Origin: Eledone cirrhosa
Lineage: Eukaryota
NCBI GenBank assembly: GCA_964016885.1
Contig: OZ024741.1
Span: forward strand, 3,410,001 to 3,474,000
Reading direction: 5' to 3'
Length of the DNA: 64,000 bases
The notes under the pieces were generated by a model. It was not told the DNA's origin. It made no database searches and worked only from the letters and a program-made list of their open reading frames with translations. The translations under genes and the position numbers were made by a program. The number at the start of each line of letters is the position of its first letter. The stretch's first letter is position 1. This document shows, in pieces, positions 58,701 to 64,000 of this stretch.

Positions 58701-61700
58701 TTAACACTATATACACCTGCTGTACTATATATGTAGGTTGTTGGTGACTTAACGCTATATACACACCTGCTAGACTGTATATGTAGGTTGTTGATGACTT
58801 AACGCTATATACACACCTGCTAGACTATATATGTAGGTTGTTGGTGACTAAACACTATATACACACCTGCGAGACTATATATGTAGGTTGTTGATGACTT
58901 AACACTATATACACACCTGCTAGACTATATATGTAGGTTGTTGGTGACTTAACGCTATATACACACCTGCTAGACTATATATGTAGGTTGTTGATCACTT
59001 AACACTATATACACACCTGCTAGACTATATATGTTGGTTGCTGATGTCTTAACACTATATACACACCTGCTAGACTATATATGTAGATTGTTGATGACTT
59101 AACACTATATACACACCTGCTAGACTATATATGTAGGTTGTTGGTGACTTAACGCTATATACACACCTGCTAGACTATATATGTAGGTTGTTGGTGACTT
59201 AACACTATATACACACCTGCTAGACTTTATATGTAGGTTGTTGGTGACTTAACACTATATACACACCTGCTAGAATATATATGTAGGTTGTTGGTGACTT
59301 AACACTATATACACGCCTGCTAGACGGTATATGTAGGTTGTTGATGACTTAACACGATATACAGACCTGCTAGACTATATATGTATATTTTTGATGACTT
59401 AACACTATATACACACCTGCTAGACTATATATGTAGGTTGTTGGTGACTTAACGTTATATACACACCTGCTAGACTATATATGTAGGTTGTTGGTGAGTT
59501 AACACTATATACACACCTACTAGACTATATATGTAGGTTGTTGGTGACTTAACACTATATACACACCTGCTAGACTATATATGTAGGTTGTTAGTGACTT
59601 AACGCTATATACACACATGCTAGACTATATATGTACTTTGTTGGTGACTTAACACTATATACACACCTGCTAGACTATATATGTAGGTTGTTGGTGACTT
59701 AACACTATATACACACCTGCTAGACTATATATTTACGATGTTGGTGACTTAACACTATATACACACCTGCTAGACTATATAATGTAGGTTGTTGGTGACT
59801 TAACATTATATACACACCTGCTAGACTATATATATAGGTTGTTGATGTCTTAACAATATATACACACCTGCTAGACTATATATGTACGATGTTGATGACT
59901 TAACTCTATATACACACCTGCTAGACTACATATGTAGGTTGTTGGTGACTTAACGCTATATAGACACCTGCTAGACTTTATATGTAGGTTGTTGGTGACT
60001 TAACACTATATACACACCTGATAGACTATATATGTAGGTTGTTGGTGAAATAACGCTATATACACACCTTCTAGACTATATATGTAGGTTGTTGGTGACT
60101 TAACACTATATATACACCTGCTAGACTACATATGTAGGTTGTTGGTGACTTAACACTATATACACACCTGCTAGACTATATATGTAGGTTGTTGGTGACT
60201 TAACACTATATATACACCTGCTAGACTATATATGTACGATGTTGGTGATTTAACGCTATATACAGACCTGCTTAACTATATATGTAGGTTGTTGGTGACT
60301 TAACACTATATACACACCTGCTAGACTATATATGTAGGTTGTTGGTCACCTAACGCTATATACACACCTGCTAGACTATATATGTAGGTTGTTGATGTCT
60401 TAACACTATATACACACCTGCTAGACTATATATGTAGATTGTTGATGACTTAACACTATATACACACCTGCTAGACTATATATGTAGGTTGTTGGTGACT
60501 TAACACTATAGACACACACCTGCCAGAATATATATGTAGGTTGTTGGTGACTTAACGCTATATACACACCTGCTAGACTATATATGTATGTTGTTGGTGA
60601 CTTAACACTATATACACACCTGCTAGTCTATATATTTAGGTTGTTGGTGACTTAACACTATATACACACCTGCTAGACTATATATGTAGGTTTTTGGTGA
60701 CTTAACACTATATACACACCTGCTGGAATATATATGTAGGCTGTTGTTGACTTAAAACTATATACACACCTGCTAGACTATATATGTAGGTTGTTGATGA
60801 CTTAACGCTATATACACACCTGCTAGACTATATATGTAGGTTGTTGGTGACTTAACACTATATACACCTGCTGTACTATATATGTAGGTTGTTGGTGTCT
60901 TAACACTATATACACCTGCTGTACTATATATGTAGGTTGTTGGTGACTTAACGCTATATACACACCTGCTAGACTGTATATGTAGGTTGTTGATGACTTA
61001 ACGCTATATACACACCTGCTAGACTATATATGTAGGTTGTTGGTGACTTAACACTATATACACACCTGCTAGACTATATATGTAGGTTGTTGGTGACTTA
61101 ACACTATATACACACCTGCTAGACTATATATGTAGGTTGTTGATGTCTTAACACTATATACACACCTGCTAGACTATATATGTAGGTTGTTGGTGACTTA
61201 ACTCTATATACACACCTGCTAGACTATATATGTAGGTTGTTGGTGACTTAACACTATATACACACCTGCTAGACTATATATGTAGGTTGTTGGTGACTTA
61301 ACACTATATACACACCTGCTAGACTATATATGTAGGTTGTTGGTGACTTAACACTATATACACACCTGCTAGTCTATATATGTAAGTTGTTGGTGACTTA
61401 ACACTATATACACACCTGCTAGACTATATATGTCGGTTGTTGGTGAATTAACGCTATATACACACCTGCTAGACTATATATGTTGGTTGTTGGTGACTTA
61501 ACACTATATACACACCTGCTAGACTATATATGTAGGTTGTTGGTGACTTAACACTATATACACATCTGCTGGACTATATATGTAGGTTGTTGGTGACTTA
61601 ACGCTATATACACACCTGCTAGACTATATATGTAGGTTGTTGGTGATTAACACTATATACACACCTGCTAGACTATATATGTAGGTTGTTGGTGACTTAA

Positions 61701-64000
61701 CGCTATATACACACCTGCTAGACTATATATGTAGGTTGTTGATCACTTAACACTATATACACACCTGCTAGACTATATATGTTGGTTGCTGATGTCTTAA
61801 CACTATATACACACCTGCTAGACTATATATGTAGATTGTTGATGACTTAACACTATATACACACCTGCTAGACTATATATGTAGGTTGTTGGTGACTTAA
61901 CGCTATATACACACCTGCTAGACTATATATGTAGGTTGTTGGTGACTTAACACTATATACACACCTGCTAGACTTTATATGTAGTTTGTTGGTGACTTAA
62001 CGCTATATACACACCTGCTGGACTATATATGTAGGTTGTTGGCTACTTAACGCTATATACACACCTGCTAGACTATATATGTAGGTTGTTGGTGACTTAA
62101 CACTATATACACACCTGCTAGAATATATATGTAGGTTGTTGGTGACTTAACACTATATACACGCCTGCTAGACGGTATATGTAGGTTGTTGATGACTTAA
62201 CACGATATACAGACCTGCTAGACTATATATGTATATTTTTGATGACTTAACACTATATACACACCTGCTAGACTATATATGTAGGTTGTTGGTGACTTAA
62301 CGTTATATACACACCTGCTAGACTATATATGTAGGTTGTTGGTGAGTTAACACTATATACACACCTACTAGACTATATATGTAGGTTGTTGGTGACTTAA
62401 CACTATATACACACCTGCTAGACTATATATGTAGGTTGTTAGTGATTTAACGCTATATACACACATGCTAGACTATATATGTACTTTGTTGGTGACTTAA
62501 CACAATATACACACCTGCTAGACTATATATGTAGGTTGTTGGTGACTTAACACTATATACACACCTGCTAGTCTATATATTTAGGTTGTTGGTGACTTAA
62601 CACTATATACACACCTGCTGGAATATATATGTAGGCTGTTGTTGACTTAAAACTATATACACACCTGCTAGACTATATATGTAGGTTGTTGATGACTTAA
62701 CGCTATATACACACCTGCTAGACTATATATGTAGGTTGTTGGTGACTTAACACTATATACACCTGCTGTACTATATATGTAGGTTGTTGGTGACTTAACG
62801 CTATATACACACCTGCTAGACTATATATGTAGGTTGTTGGTGATTAACACTATATACACACCTGCTAGACTATATATGTAGGTTGTTGGTGACTTAACAC
62901 TATATACACACCTGCTAGACTATATATGTAGGTTGTTGATGTCTTAACACTATATACACACCTGCTAGACTATATATGTAGATTGTTGATGACTTAACAC
63001 TATATACACACCTGCTAGACTATATATGTAGGTTGTTGGTGACTTAACACTATATACACACCTACCTAGAATATATATGTAGGTTGTTGGTGACTTAACA
63101 CTATATACACACCTGCTAGACTATATATGTATGTTGTTGGTGACTTAACACTATATACACACCTGCTAGTCTATATATTTAGGTTGTTGGTGACTTAACA
63201 CTATATACACACCTGCTAGACTATATATGTAGGTTGTTGGTGACTTAACACTATATACACACCTGCTAGACTATATATGTAGGTTGTTGGTGACTTAACA
63301 CTATATACACACCTGCTAGACTATATATGTAGGTTGTTGATGTCTTAACACTATATACACACCTGCTAGACTATATATGTAGGTTGTTGGTGACTTAACT
63401 CTATATACACACCTGCTAGACTATATATGTAGGTTGTTGGTGACTTAACACTATATACACACCTGCTAGACTATATATGTAGGTTGTTGGTGACTTAACA
63501 CTATATACACACCTACCTAGAATATATATGTAGGTTGTTGGTGACTTAACACTATATACACACCTGCTAGACTATATATGTATGTTGTTGGTGACTTAAC
63601 ACTATATACACACCTGCTAGTCTATATATTTAGGTTGTTGGTGACTTAACACTATATACACACCTGCTAGACTATATATGTAGGTTGTTGGTGACTTAAC
63701 ACTATATACACACCTGCTAGACTATATATGTAGGTTGTTGGTGACTTAACACTATATACACACCTGCTAGACTATATATGTAGGTTGTTGATGTCTTAAC
63801 ACTATATACACACCTGCTAGACTATATATGTAGGTTGTTGGTGACTTAACTCTATATACACACCTGCTAGACTATATATGTAGGTTGTTGGTGACTTAAC
63901 ACTATATACACACCTGCTAGACTATATATGTAGGTTGTTGGTGACTTAACACTATATACACACCTACCTAGAATATATATGTAGGTTGTTGGTGACTTAA
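13708..64000. repeat. 50-bp tandem satellite, block 3 (~1000 monomers, uninterrupted, continues beyond window end)
   Basis: Same monomer in a single orientation. Recurrent 48/49/51/52-bp variants mark multi-kb duplicated blocks. I saw no non-satellite sequence. Confidence 0.99.

Noticed and set aside
1-64000. CRISPR array or telomeric repeat interpretation of the periodic sequence
   Set aside because: There are no unique spacers and no cas genes; the whole 50 bp repeats. The GT-rich half is not a short telomerase-type repeat.

Overview
This is eukaryotic (probably metazoan) heterochromatin-type DNA. About 91% of the window is a head-to-tail 50-bp satellite (consensus ATATACACACCTGCTAGACTATATATGTAGGTTGTTGGTGACTTAACACT) with nested higher-order duplications from 0.4 to about 8 kb. 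Two minus-strand LTR retroelements interrupt it. Element 1 (2750-4530) is non-coding and non-autonomous, with TGTAGCG...CGCTATA LTR termini, a PPT, and an unusually long tRNA-Trp-like primer-binding region. Element 2 (about 9955-13707) is a gag-less, PBS-less Ty3/Gypsy element of CsRn1/Kabuki-like type, with RT-RNaseH-integrase broken by one in-frame stop. The two elements have largely dissimilar LTRs but share a near-identical non-coding 3' module. Both sit in ACTATATA motifs of the satellite, and the satellite monomer itself resembles the LTR ends and PBS. No host genes or CRISPR arrays are supported. All alignments were done by eye, and the tRNA comparison uses a metazoan tRNA-Trp sequence recalled from memory.
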